Source of the DNA: Phallusia mammillata
Lineage: Eukaryota
Length of the DNA: 64,000 nucleotides
Assembly: GCA_965637545.1 (NCBI GenBank)
Contig: OZ281495.1
Span: forward strand, 32,364,001 to 32,428,000
Direction: 5' to 3'
Shown: positions 1-13,180 of the stretch, piece after piece
Layout of the letters: every line of letters begins with the position of its first letter
How positions within the stretch are numbered: position 1 is the stretch's first letter
The notes under the pieces: generated by a model
Databases searched by the model: none
Seen by the model: only the letters and a program-made list of their open reading frames with translations
Told to the model about the DNA's origin: nothing
Position numbers and translations under genes: made by a program

Positions 1-88
1 GAGGTAGGAAATAATAATAATGGAACCATGTGAGAAGACGCGCATCGACTGTGACGTCACAGTTAAACGTCTATGTGACGTCACAATG

Positions 89-435
89 CTAGCAGTGTCC
101 GAGCATGTGTGACGGCATATCGGCCGGGTTCATGGGCGTTTGTCCGTGCAAATGATGACCGTGCTGCGGATGACCCATGCCCGCTGCCGCCACCGTGTGA
201 CTAGCGGCGGCAGCAGCAGCGGCCACGTGGTGGGGCATCATGATCGCAGCTGCTGCAGCGGCGTGGTGGTGGTGATGCGATCCTGACAAGATCATGGCTT
301 GTGAGGGCGGATGACGTAGTTGATGATGCAATTGATGGGAGGGAGATATAGTGGAGGGCGTGTTGAATGTGTTCCCTGCCATGGACATGTTGTGCGCTGC
401 CATCATGTCTGCCGCGCCTGGCATTCCCTGAAATC
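89..435 (-). CDS. Meis: Meis terminal exon 12 (GFQGMPGAADM...poly-His/poly-Ala...HMLGHC*)
   Basis: ttttgtttctgcag acceptor puts the His/Met/Ala-rich ORF 89-424 in frame; TAG at 89-91. QGMPG resembles the Meis b-type C-terminus. Confidence 0.88.
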
Positions 436-637
436 CTGCAGAAACAAAAGCCGGTTTAAAAATCCGTATTTCTTATGTTTCACAATATACCAGGGCTATA
501 GTACCCAACTATTTCATGTTTACAAAGACGTTGTACTAGTGTGTCTGTCATGACCTTAGCAGAACGAAATCGCAAGTGTTCTAGTTCTAGCCAAGTATGG
601 AAATCATTGACTTTAAAAACAGGAGTTTTGTTTTTAC

Positions 638-742
638 CTGACGGCCATCCTGGGTGTCGCATGGACATGTGATGGGGTTGGCCGTCCATAATAAAACTGC
701 TCATCGATTGACCATCGGGACTGTACGGCCCCATATTGCTGA
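638..742 (-). CDS. Meis: Meis exon 11 (VSNMGPYSPDGQSMSSFIMDGQPHHMSMRHPGWPS)
   Basis: PY.PDGQ.M..F.MDGQ Meis C-terminal motif; cattgcag acceptor, G|GTAAAA donor; 105 nt phase 1 to 1. Confidence 0.93.
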
Positions 743-1084
743 CTGCAATGAAAAAAAATCAGGTTATTCGTTGCCTGATGTACACATAGAATCTAAATGC
801 TGAGTCTAAAGCGTTCCTGAGCTTTACTACATCAACAAGCGTTATTAGTATTCAAACATACTCTTCCGTGAAAGTTTTTAGGTCTGCGCATCAATAACTT
901 TTACGTTTTTAATTTAGTTATTTAATTTGCTTGCTAAAATAAACTTGAGAAATGCTCTTTTTTTCAAACCCCACACTTACTTAGGCCTGATAACTAGCTT
1001 AGTCAAGGCAAGTTTTAGAACTGCTATACACCAAAGCTTATTGTAGTCGAATGTTTTATGTTATGAGTAAAAACAAGAACCTAC

Positions 1085-1143
1085 CTGCTCGATTAGACTG
1101 GTCAATCATCGGCTGAACAATCCGCCTTCTCGCGTTAATAAAC
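1085..1143 (-). CDS. Meis: Meis exon 10, recognition helix (FINARRRIVQPMIDQSNRA)
   Basis: WFINARRRIVQPM motif; tttgcag acceptor, G|GTAGGT donor; 59 nt. Confidence 0.98.
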
Positions 1144-4100
1144 CTGCAAAACAGAAATATAACGTTACATTTATGCCCGAAATTTTTTTTGATAATTTCT
1201 TATTGTAGCATTTACTTGTTAGTTAAAATTTTTGTCTTGTGTGGGTTAAAGTCGATTTGTGACGTAACAAACACGTTATGGCACAAGGTCGCGATGACAA
1301 CGCGTAGAACAACAATAGAACAAATCATGAAAGCACCGACAACGCGTGAAATCCGAGAAAGAGTCAATTTGTTTAACCCCGAACTGCGAAGTGGGGCCGC
1401 GGACCCGATGGGCGTTCAGCTGTAAACTGAATCACTCCAATGCGCTGCTTGTCCATGGTTGGGGCAGGCGGGGGTGGGAGGTGCAAGTAATGATGCGTGC
1501 ACTTGTTGGTGCATTGTTCCAGCGTTCGACGGCGTCGCCATTACTACGTCACAAACGGGTTGCTTGTTTTCTCGAATTCGCGCGAGATTTGGATTGTCGA
1601 ATGCCGTGTGCCGCGTCTAAGCGAAAACTGTCAACAGGATAATCGCATTCCGCGCAATTAGTCGAGGTCAGCAGGTCGCGCCTGATTGGCTCAGCTGACA
1701 GTCATGTGACCAATGCAAACACGCACTGATTCGGGGACATCGGGGTCGGGTGACGGCTTAGCGCGGGGTCACTTGCCCAGGGGGCAGGGGGTATGTGCAG
1801 ATTAATTAGTTTTGCTAATTTTCGGACGCGCCAGCTTTTCCCAAGCCGTAACGCCGTTGCGAGATAAAGCTTCAAGATAAGAGGGGCAGTGCCAAAGCTT
1901 CTCACCCCCCGATCTAGCAAAGTTGTGTTTCGACAGCAAACCACTAGTGCAGAGGCGATACTTAAGCCGACGCGATAAGACATGAGATAAGGTTGACAAA
2001 ATGCAGACCCTACGTTCCCTGCCAGACCTCTAAGCATCACTCCGACTCACACATCAAACTGTGCCAGACTCTGAATCCGATCCAACGAAAATAAACAAAT
2101 CTCAGCGTGCGAAAATGTACAAGCGCCCAAGCCTGGCCGAATCCCTGTTTGCTTTTTTATGAAACCGACTCCGGACTTTGCTAATTGGACTCCTTTAGTC
2201 GGTCCGTGAAGCTCCAGCGGTTTTAAGGATCTGACAGTTTACAGCGATTTCCATGAAAATTACTGATTTTTAACAAACTAAAATTTATCGTTTAACAAAA
2301 AAGAAGTTTTCTAGTTAACACTCACAAATTTATACATTAATTAAACACCGTGTTTTAAAAATATTTCGTTTGAAGAATCTGTTTCTCTGATTTATCCAAC
2401 TCTAAACTTTCCAGTGAAGAAAGCAACTCTCCCAGTTAAGTCAACTTTCGAAATCTCAGTTGGGGGGTCGCGACCCTTGCGCGATTTTTCCACGCAAAAT
2501 TGAGAGATCGTGTGCGACGTGGTACCAAGACAATAGAGATTATGGAAAAAGCGACGTCGCGATGCGCTTTATTTCGTCACAATGGGGCGCTCGTCACGCT
2601 AAAGTGCATTCGCAAACGCAGGAGCGGATAAAGCAGGCGTGACGCGAGATCTGTGTGTGATGTCACAATGAACCCGCAGCTTCGAGCATCCTTTGCCGCT
2701 GCGAAGCTGGTAAACACGAGGTCGGGGTAAAAATTCTTATTTATCTTCCGCACAAGGAAAGCGGACCCCAGGATTGACCCCACTTCTGGTGGGGGGTGGC
2801 GGACCAGCGCAGTACACGTGAAACCGACCGAAACGAGGTCCGCATTCCGACTTGGAGCACTTTGTGAGGTAAACAATCCTCTTTCTCGCTCTGTTTCGTC
2901 ACAAAGGCGATCGGATGGTGGGGGGAGGGTGAACCTCCTGCGGGCAAATTATAAATCGTGATTTTCGCGCCGCGCGATATTTTATTCGAGAAAAATCGTG
3001 GCGCAAATCGGGGGAGCATGCACCAGAAATGAAATGCGCCGATTAATATGCGAAGGTGTTGAGCGACAACATGACGCGACAGATTTTGCTTATTCCCGTT
3101 GCTATGGCTGCGGTTGCTTGGTTACCCGAAGGGGTCTGGGTTTTACCTGAAAGTGGGAATAATCGGACAAGCGCTGTGAGGCGAACCGGGGTCAGAACTA
3201 GGGGCACTTGACAAGAATCACAACTCGTATGCTCGATTAATCGTTACTCATCGCGCAAATATGGCGGCGCCAGCAGGCCCGGGCGACCCCACAGCTCGCG
3301 AGACGCGTCACACACAAAACTCATTATGATGCAACAAACAGGTGGAGTGTTATCCGATACATAAACGACTTTCACCGGGGGCGAGTTACTTTGACCGAAC
3401 CCGCACGTTCATATCGCCACAACTCGGGCATTAACGGCTCTCTTTCGCTCCGGATTAACGTTAATGCAAGGCGTCATGGACTCAGACGAAAATAGGGGGT
3501 TCGCGCCTTGACTTTGAACCTCCATCGGGGTCCGGCCCCAAGCCCCCACTGGGTAAACCGATCGCTTTGGTTTTACCGCGAGAGTTCGTCAGAAGTTTAT
3601 CGGGGTCAAATTTCTTCTCGCTTTTTCGTGAGACCCCGGCCCCACTTTACTCCTCAGCCCCCTTACCCATGGGTCGGTGATTGATTGGCATGTACGAGGT
3701 TTATAAAGCCGGAATCAGTTTGCGCCGCGCCTCAGGACTGTCACGTTTGGCGGCTTAATGCGAATCGCGGCTTCATACTTCAAACCAGACTTTCCGACAT
3801 TTTGTGTCTCCGCATGGTGGTGCGCAAGGGTCAATGTCAAGTCGCAGAAACTGTGCCTGAATTTACTCCAGCGCTTTATACTTCTGACCAGATCGTACAA
3901 TCTTCAGTTTTTCACTTAAGAAACCGAAAGACATTTTTTTTGCCTAGCTCATTCACATGCTTTTCGGGAATGTTTAAAACCTTTCCCTGCACACGCAACA
4001 AGATAATCACTTCGGCAAACCCGTGCCTTGCTGCTAACGATAAGTGGATTAAATGGGGGAGGGGGGCAATGCCGGTGGTCCAGGGGTGGACAGTATTATG

Positions 4101-7100
4101 ACGTCACTGTGGAGTTTATAGTTAAGTCCGCGACCCCTGACTCAGCCGTTCCGCGGTCGTTCAACTCCGGAATCGCGTTGCTTGATTCTCACGTCATAAT
4201 TGGCTTATCCTTGTGAACCGCTGTCCTGTTTTTGTGCCCGGCTCGCGAAACAAACTTGCTTCAGCGCTGTTGTGAGGTTGAACCGATTTAAGACGTTTTT
4301 TCAAGTAGATATTCGTGAAGCGCGATTTATTTGTCCTTCCCTCCCCTCACTTTGCGTGTCATCCTGCACAATCGGGAACAATACTAGAACGCGCTGCCGT
4401 GTTTGTCTACGGGCGGCGCGCGCTATGACGCCACAATGGCTTCGGTTGCTTCGACAAACCCCAACGCGTTCAGATGACAATGCCAGCATATTCGGGAATC
4501 TATTTAGACAGAGAGCAAATATCGCTTACGATAGGAATGCCGTCGTTCTCGAGTGGAACTCTGTGATTCTGATGGATCGCGCGGCGCGACGAACGCGACG
4601 TGAATCGCGACAGAGGGAAAAGCGATTGTGAGCGAATAAAGCGTCTAGTTAAAACAAGAATCGGAATTATGACAGGCAGGGCGCGCGGTGGTAAATAAAT
4701 GCTCCCTGGATATGTGACCGACACCTGAGTGAACTCTATGCCTCGCAGGGGGTGGCGACGGTCGCGCGCTACTCTCTTGTGACGTAACAATGCAAATAGA
4801 AGCCAGGGTGTGGCTAAACGAGTCTCATTAATTTTGTAAAAATAACTACAACTTTTAGGAACAGCCTGTTTTTTTCCATGTTAACACAGTGATGCCGCGA
4901 AAATGTAACGTTTATGTTGTTATTTACGTAAATATCATTGTTCCAATGTATCAGTTACTGCCCATTGTCGAATTCGAACCTAGCCGCTTGTTGGGTTTCC
5001 TTGACAATCGACGCGCGGCGCCTTTCAACAACACGTGACCTTCGCAGGTATGTGCAATAACAAGCCACAGACAGACAGCGTATTTTCTTGCAGCGGTCAG
5101 TGATGAATGGCCCAACACCTGGACCACATTAGGCGGCCTTCGGGTGAATTTTTCACGGCGAATTAACGACCTCGTACGCCGATCCACCGCCCAATACTAG
5201 CTATGCCTTTAAGTGACCGCTTTAGTGCCCCGATTTTGAGCCGCTTGTTCTCATCCGTCACTGTGTAGTGTTTGGCGACCTTGTTTGTCATTCCAAGGAT
5301 CGCCGGTAAACGTTTGTCGGTTTTGACTGGATCCACTGAGAGTGTTGTTGCACCCGTTTGTCGCGACCAAGACGCTGATGTTCTTGTTAAAAGTGCGATG
5401 AAAAAATTGGCGACAAATTTAACGAAGTATCTGAAAGAATTGATTTGGCCAAACTAGGAAAACTATTTTCGTTTTTTCTGTTGTATAATCACAACTGGTA
5501 GCTGCTAGTTTATAATTGATTCGAATGATTTTTGCAAAAAGCAGAAAAAAGGCGATGTTACAGAGACTTGAAGCAACTTAACGACCGATTTTCCGAATAC
5601 AGCTTTTGCTTCGCTTTGTTTGTAATTTGGAAGCTTTTTTTTTCGGGTGCATTGTAACTTCTAAACCTTCACATCTAACCCCCATAATGTGGGGTTTACA
5701 GAGTCAACCGGAATAAATCCCGAACACAAGCGATCGCGCGCTTCAGGGGAGGGAGGGCCACCACACGCGAAAGCGGAAATTCGTAACAACCGAATCCGAG
5801 CAATTGAAGCCGATAATTTGATCACGTGACTCGTTACGCGATACGGAAATAGACGTAGAATCGACGGCGATTTAATATCACCTGATCTCATGCATACGAG
5901 GGTTGGATTTGCTCTCGAAAGGTGTTAAGTGATAAAGCGCGATATTAAAAACTGAATTGCCATGTCAAATATAGTCTACTTCCTTAATGGAAGAGTGGAT
6001 TTCTCTGGTTTAGTTGTTGACAATTTCGTCCGGTTTTATCCTGGCACTACTTCAAAGCTGCTAGTTCAAGAGCATCGCCTAAAAAGTCAGTTTAAAAACG
6101 TCGTCGACTCGACTAAGGTAATCGCATTACGACATAAATTCACACTCGGGCAAAACTCAGCACAAGATGAAATTTCAAAGAAGCGGTGTGGAGCGCGAGA
6201 CAGCGCGATTCATGTTTGTGACGTGATAAAGTGGCTTTGTCTTGTAGTCGCGACAGTTATTCTGCAAATCGTTTGACAGACGTGGGATCAGTGCTCGCAT
6301 ATGTGATACAGTTTCTTGCAGTGCAGATAATTACACCTCAAAAGCCGTAATCGGATTTTTCGCAGCGGTTATGGCTTGCTGCTTTGAAGCTTGGTGCCTC
6401 TTGGTAAACAAGACCGACGTACGTGGAATCAACCAGGGTGGCATCCCACATGAAACGACTTATAAGTCGTATAGTTAAGGTTGAAACAATGACGCATACC
6501 CGGCGGTCTCACCTAGCTCCACTTACGCATACTTGTAAACATAAGTGTTGGGCATAGTGAACGGCAGCTCGACTATTTATAACTCATCATGGCTAATTAT
6601 GTAAGTTATTTTCTTGCTAGTGATAAAGAGATGTTAAGTACTTAGTTATATGCAAAAATAATTTCATTTCTTAGAATATAAGCATATCTTTTTGCCAGCA
6701 ACATTGTATCTCTTGATTACTTCATGGTTTTAAATATTAGCAGCACAAGTCCCTTAACCCCCAAGAACACTTCACCTACCCCAATCCCTAAAGGCACGTT
6801 GGGGCTTTTGGCAAATCCCGGACCCCACAAAACTCGGATCCCTGAAGCTGGTAGTTAAAATGTCGGGCACATGTCGTGGTTACGCTTCACCGACATCCGT
6901 ATTACAGCGTACCAGAGAGCTGCACATTTTCATAGCGAAAGTAGTACTACCAACATGCAGACTTATATCGTTTAACCCGTAGCTTTACAGACATAAGCGG
7001 TCTTTAAAGGTTTTGCTCACATATCTGGCCTGTAATTTTGTGTTTTACGATTATGCGTTGGGCCAATAATTGCTTTTTCACGTGCCCGCCTCACAAAGCG

Positions 7101-7772
7101 CCTTTCAGGTTTCAAATCTGGTGCAAATTGAAAGTCGAAAAGTGTAAGGCGATCTAGTCCACCTTGTTTACTCGGCAATTTCTTCGGCGCCCTGCACAAG
7201 ACCAAAAAAGCCGAAAAAAACGTCTGGAGTGATTTCTGTCGACCGCATAGTTTGCCTGATTAAGAGAAGACCCACCGCTCCAGTCGACTGTGACCAGGTT
7301 TCCTTAAACTGGCATGGCGGGAGGTCGGGCTCAGTGAGGCCCGCGAATGCTTTGCAGCCGCAACAACACCGGATTATCGCAGTATTATCCTCAGCCTGGT
7401 CAAGCTGACTTCATCCCTTCACCAGTTCTTGGCACAAAACGCGCTATAATTTTTTTTGCCTTTAGTGTCAGCTGCGTTTACAGTGTTTGGATGCGTTCCC
7501 TTAACCGACCACCCTTAGTCAAGTTAGTTTTGGTTTCGTCACCATTTCACAAAACATAAAACTTCTTCCGTTATTTCAATAACGCAGAATTAAATTCCCA
7601 ACAAACAACTATCACAACGGAACTTGCGGTAATGGGTACGTACACACATTACCGGCTAGTGACAAAATTAATTGTCGCAAACTCGATTTTATGAGATGAC
7701 TCTATTTCGTCTATTTACTAAGCAGTTCTCTTTACTCAAAGCCCGACAATTTACTATTTTAAGGTATCTTAC

Positions 7773-7849
7773 CAATTGTTCACTTGTAATATGGTGAGCC
7801 CGGTCTGATTCGCCAACGATTTTTTCTGGTCTTCCGAAGGATAAGGGTG
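7773..7849 (-). CDS. Meis: Meis exon 9, TALE loop and helix 2 ([26 protein letters not shown])
   Basis: PYP TALE loop; ttcttcag acceptor, TG|GTAAGA donor; 77 nt. Not in the ORF track. Confidence 0.98.
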
Positions 7850-9544
7850 CTGAAGAAAAAATGAATTGTAGGTTAAACCTTCAAATTCGTTCACAAATTT
7901 TGTTTTTAAGCCAACCCCTATTGGTTATAATGTGTTGTGAACTCAACTGGGGTTCCAGAACGTGGTTGCTTGGCAACGGGCGCGCCCGTTAAAAAAACGA
8001 ATTTCCATCAACATTAGGCGAGACAGAGTCGCGACGGAGACCGAAAACACAGTGAAACAAGAACAACTGTCAACGCCTCGTCAGTGACGTCACAATGCGA
8101 TCGATGCCCAGGCAGAATTTAATCAGGAACAAATTTGGCTTGGCGCTCAGTAATGGGGGGTTGTATGTTCGATTAGCCCGTTACACGCCGAGAATCGCTG
8201 GAGCGGTCACGGGGATTACCCGATTAAGCGCCCTTGGAGAGTATGAGCGCTCGGTAATAGTTTCACACGGGAGGATGAGCGGAGGCGGCTTTAACCGGAT
8301 TAGATGGGCTCAATATGTCGCGTGTCACATGATCCCAGTGATATCTCCACGGAAGTCAATATCTTGTTGCCCAACGCTTTTGATATTGTGAGAATTTGCC
8401 TGTCAATTTGGTAAGGATTTTTAATCACCTGATTTTGCCACTTTCGTTTTCTTGTGAAATCTAAATCTTCTTTCTCATAAACCAACATACTTGTTACCCC
8501 ATCATTTTTAAACGACTTTCTTCAGTTTTTGTTCGCTGATTTTTGTTTGAATGCTTTCGGTTCAAGTTGTCATTAAATTTCAATTGTTGTTTAAAGAATG
8601 ACGGTCTTGGATAATTTGCGATTGAAGTTGTTTTTAGTTGTGAATATATTTTGACTTATTTTATCTGTGTTAAAGTTAATAAAAATCGAGTAAAACAGTG
8701 AATGCGATCTATAATGAGGTGTCGAAGCGTCAATGGAAGGCTGATTGCTAATTTGTAGATCAACTTAAAGACTTCATCAATCTCAACTCTATTACAGATC
8801 GGGCTCCCTAAGCGGTTGTCTGTTAATCGTCAATCCGTAAAACTGGTCGAATGTTTTAATTCTCGAACATCGACGCCGCGCGTAATTGCAATCCATCAGT
8901 CACGTGACAAATACGTTATAAGCGATTTGACGCATGCGCGCGCTACAATATGGGAACGCAGCACGCTTGTCTGATTTCGAGAATTGAAAAGCTTTGCGCG
9001 ACCGAACCGTGATTATGAAATAAACAGGTGAAACCGGCGTCGCGCGTCCCTGGGGGGAGGGCCGCTATTCGAGAATGCCCCGCTTTTAGCGGAAATTCAA
9101 CCATGCTAAATTGTGCAGTGAGCGACAATGGGAGAAACTTATTCGACAGCTCTGGGTCCTAATGCTAAAAACGGTTGGGAGCCACATTGCACAAAATATT
9201 AACATTTAACCTAAATTGTTAAGTATTTAATTGAGTTCACACAATTAAGCTTATGATGGCAATCACAAAGTTGGAAAGTAGCTTGATAGTAAGAATTAGC
9301 AGCAAGAGACTTAAATTTATTCCATTTTACTTCATGAGTTTCAAAAAGTGACCTTTTGTTGATCGTTTTTCACTGCTACCGATTTTATGGATTACTAAAT
9401 TTTCTTGGCAAAAAACAATAAAATAATAGATGTTCACAGAACAGTTTAAAGTGTTTTTCTTAAATTTCGCTTTGCCGGAATTCACGATTTCTCTTTTGTT
9501 TGTTATTTTCTTTCAAACTGCTTCAAACTTGTGTGAAAACTCAC

Positions 9545-9693
9545 CGTTAAATTTTGGAAGAGCCACGCCCTCATAATATTGGTCGCCTGCTTGGGAAAAA
9601 TTCCCCTTTTCTTCTGCTGGGGCTTTTTTCCAGGGTCCGAATCGTCCTCGCCGCCCCCGTCTCCGGAGTAAGTGCTGCCCTCTAGTGTGCTTC
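9545..9693 (-). CDS. Meis: Meis exon 8, acidic linker and homeodomain helix 1 (GSTLEGS...[23 protein letters not shown])
   Basis: [19 protein letters not shown] motif; gttacag acceptor, GTGAGT donor; 149 nt. Confidence 0.98.
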
Positions 9694-10838
9694 CTGTAAC
9701 AAATTCTAAATTTAAAATCATAGAAATCGTATGTGATTTTAGTACAAGTTAAAAATTCATTACCAAGCAAATCGAATTCAAATCTTTGCTCAAAAACATA
9801 TATTTTTGCCTCTGTATTTAAAAACTGTTAGTTAAATTTCTACACAATATAGCACTGAAATATTGACTAAGGTACGTAAGCACATTATTGGGCAGGGTTT
9901 TACTCATAGTTGTCAGGTCCCTCATTAACAGACGATGCCGCACCAATTAATCGACATTCTGGAATTGTCATTCGCGCGCGTTTGTATTCGAAAGCAGATT
10001 ATCCCATGTCCAGCTGCAGTGCTTAGCCTAATCCCCGAACCCCGGTATTGTTTACGCTTTCCATAACGAACTACGCAGACTGAGATTTTCCTTCAAGGGC
10101 AGATGTTCGGTTGATGAATTAGCTTCACATCTTCACGACTTTAAAGCTCTAATCACGTGCTACTAGCCTCGGAGCAGCTGCAAGCGACAACTGAGATTGA
10201 TGACGCATCGATTGTGGCTTGTTGGGCGGTCGGGGGAGTGGGGAGGGAGGGCAGTGCAATAAATGACCTTGAATGGTCAGCGGTGACCTTGTGATAGGAG
10301 CAGCTTGTTTTGTCAGCTGGTAGCAACGTTTAAACGGGGAGTTTTCTCCGTGATTTGCCCGTGAGCTATAGAGATCATTCTACGATCAAATGTTACGTCA
10401 CACAGGCGATTGTTCGATAATAATTGTTTCGAATTATTTGACGCTTTTAAGGTTCCTTTTGAGCGCTGTACAAAATTAACAATCGGCAAAAAGTTTAATT
10501 TCATTTGGCGAACAAAAGTTTTACCCACAAAAAGACTTTTACCAAATTTTTCAAACAAATCGGACTGCCTACAACTTAGCAACACAACCAAGATTGTTTC
10601 GTCTGAGTGAACAAGGGCGTCTCACTGGTAAAAGTTTCCCGCCAGATGTCTATTAGTGGCGCGGAGAGCATTATTACGCGAATATCGATTATTACATCAC
10701 AGTTTGAATTCTTGCTACTGTATTGGGTGCTCGTGGCGCCGACAAGGAGTCAAATATTGGCAATTATTGCGGCGCAGTAGTTTTTAATTTTCCCCAGTCG
10801 TGAGGAAAGTAAATAACTTTCATTGATTGTTGGTGTAG

Positions 10839-10852
10839 AGGTCAAGGGGTCA
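10839..10852 (+). promoter_or_regulatory. Perfect DR2 AGGTCA ag GGGTCA in intron 7
   Basis: Exact consensus match. Confidence 0.5.
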
Positions 10853-13180
10853 CCTGTAGCTTTGCAATATCAGAGAGTTTATTGTATTGCCAAGCGACGG
10901 ATGATTTAAAATAATATTTTTTAACTTTTCTAGTTTGCAATTGTTAAATCGATTTATGGGATCTTCGACACTGCAAAGCGTTGTTTGGTAAATTTGCTAT
11001 GTACAAACCAATTATACAGTGTTAAGGTTCCTTTATATATCTTTGAACAAACAAAGACGAACGTTGTATAATCTTGTTAAGATGAACATAAATTCATAAC
11101 TGGGATCAGCCCTGAAGTGTCTATGCAGACCTTGTATAATCTTGTGGTGTTAAAATCAAATTTATTTGTTATTCATTAAATATAACTGGGGGCAACACTT
11201 CTTGCAAACATATACTCCGTCGCAGCGTTTAAAATCCAGTTATTTTTCAACCGATCTCGACGTTTTAATTTGATTCCCAAATATACAGCTGTTTGTCGTC
11301 TTAACATTTTCAATTGATTTCAAAGCAAACCATATCCAGGAAACGGCCTGTTGCGCTCCTAACACGTCGAGCTGTCGGAAAACGTGTTTTGCAAGCTGAA
11401 ATGTCAGTAATGTGAGAATGCATTGGGTGGTGTGTTGCAAATCGCAGCTCTATTGAATCAGAAAACAACTCGACACCAACGGTTAAAACACGCAGCAAAC
11501 ATGCGACCACAATTTAATCATTCAAATTTCAATCAGAGCTCAAATGGAGCACGCAGCGCGCACCCAATGCGGTGGATTGCAGCTATAAAGCCGCCACCAG
11601 TGCTTTGTTGAGGAAGTGTGGCAGCCTAGCGCTATACCAGAGTCGGTGAAATGTTATATTCGTTGAAACGATAGGAAGAATATATAGCTGGGCGCGTTTA
11701 CCGTGTTCTACCGCGCCAATAGTTTCCGCTAAGTTCGAGTTGGCTCCGATTAATCACGGCACGCGTTAACGAGAGCGGGAAAACGTAAATCGACAATGTT
11801 TCACTCGCTGCAATGCAATGTGTTGAGTGTTTTATTTTTTACTTCGATTCTGACTTTTTCCTCTGTACTTCACGTTTATTTTTGAAAAACCCTTGAGAAA
11901 AACCGCAAGTAATATCATTGTATTTTCAACTTACAACCCAACATGCAAGTATCCGTTGTTGTTATGCCAGGTAAAATTCCCCTTGAGCACAAAAAACTTG
12001 CAACTTACAGAATTCGTTGGTTCTAAACTTTTTAAGATGTTTGTTTCGCCTTAACTGAAAACATATATAGAGTGACTTTCCATAATTTGTTGTAGCTCAG
12101 AGTTTACCGACTGGCATTAGCAGTTCGTGTTGTTTGTGATTTTCACTTATCCCCAAATCAAAATGGTGGATGCCGTCGGCCATTTTGAGTAAGAAATCCT
12201 GTATTGTTTAAGTTGAATACATTGAACTTTGAAATTTGGCACCTAAATTCCATTCAAACAGTTTACAGCAAAATTCCCAGTCATGAAGCAACGAATCAAA
12301 ATTCACCAAAACCGAGGCGAAAACTTCAAATACATGCATTCAGCACAACTTAAAGGGCGAATCGTGGTGGAGATTACAGTTTTGTCCAACAAACAAGGCT
12401 TTGAATCTCATTTTTATCGGCTAGGAATCCTTTTTAGATCCTCTCCCGAACCACGAGTGCACCGGGGACACGGGAGGCATTAGAAGCACCGCATATACCG
12501 GCAGTGATGAAATATTAATAACGGCCTCACTGCATGCGACTTATGACGCATTAAAGGGCGCATTTATTCCATCACCGACACCCCACTATTGCGACACAAT
12601 GCCTGACCTGGTCGTAATGGGTTTCGTCCCGGAGGTACGACTCCCCAACATTTTAGCCCAAAACGAAAATGTGAAAAGTTTTTGCTTTATGCCGGAGAAG
12701 CCTTTTTCACTAAGGTTTAGATTAACGATGTAAAGCGCATAAGGGTACAGATCATATCAATTAATGGAAATTTTAATAGTCTTTACAAACCTAGTCGAAA
12801 TTGGCCGCTTCAATAGTTGTACTGTGTAATTTCTTCCAATATTTCGCATTAACATATTGTTTAAAGTTTGCAGAATCCGCAAGCAATCATAACGTCAGGT
12901 TTCGTTATCCTGCGTGTATTTGAGCGTTTGTTGCATGTTAAGGAACATGACTCGGTTCAGCGAAACGAACAAGTGGGGCTTAATTTTTTTCGTGCTTACA
13001 GTCGCACTCTGCTCATCCGATTTGTTTGCGTTTAGTTCCAGAATAATTGGTTAAATCTGTAAACCAGCGCGCGACCGGCGAAACAACAATGCCAGCGCGG
13101 CCCCGTCGCGTCATGAAATATTCATCCGCTATCGATTTCAGGAATGTTCCGCCAAACGGATAACAACACGTACGGCCTAA

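Noticed and set aside
480-637. ORF 480-734 continues past exon 11 (GKNKTPVF...)
   Set aside because: This is read-through of intron 11 after a good donor; it has no Meis-like composition and exon 12 gives a better C-terminus.
3685-4631. ORFs of 138 and 143 aa in intron 9
   Set aside because: Non-ATG starts and no domain; expected by chance in GC-rich non-coding DNA.
11564-11590. CCAAT plus TATAAAG on the + strand in intron 7 (antisense promoter?)
   Set aside because: Short motifs, unusually close spacing and no clear initiator; consistent with chance.
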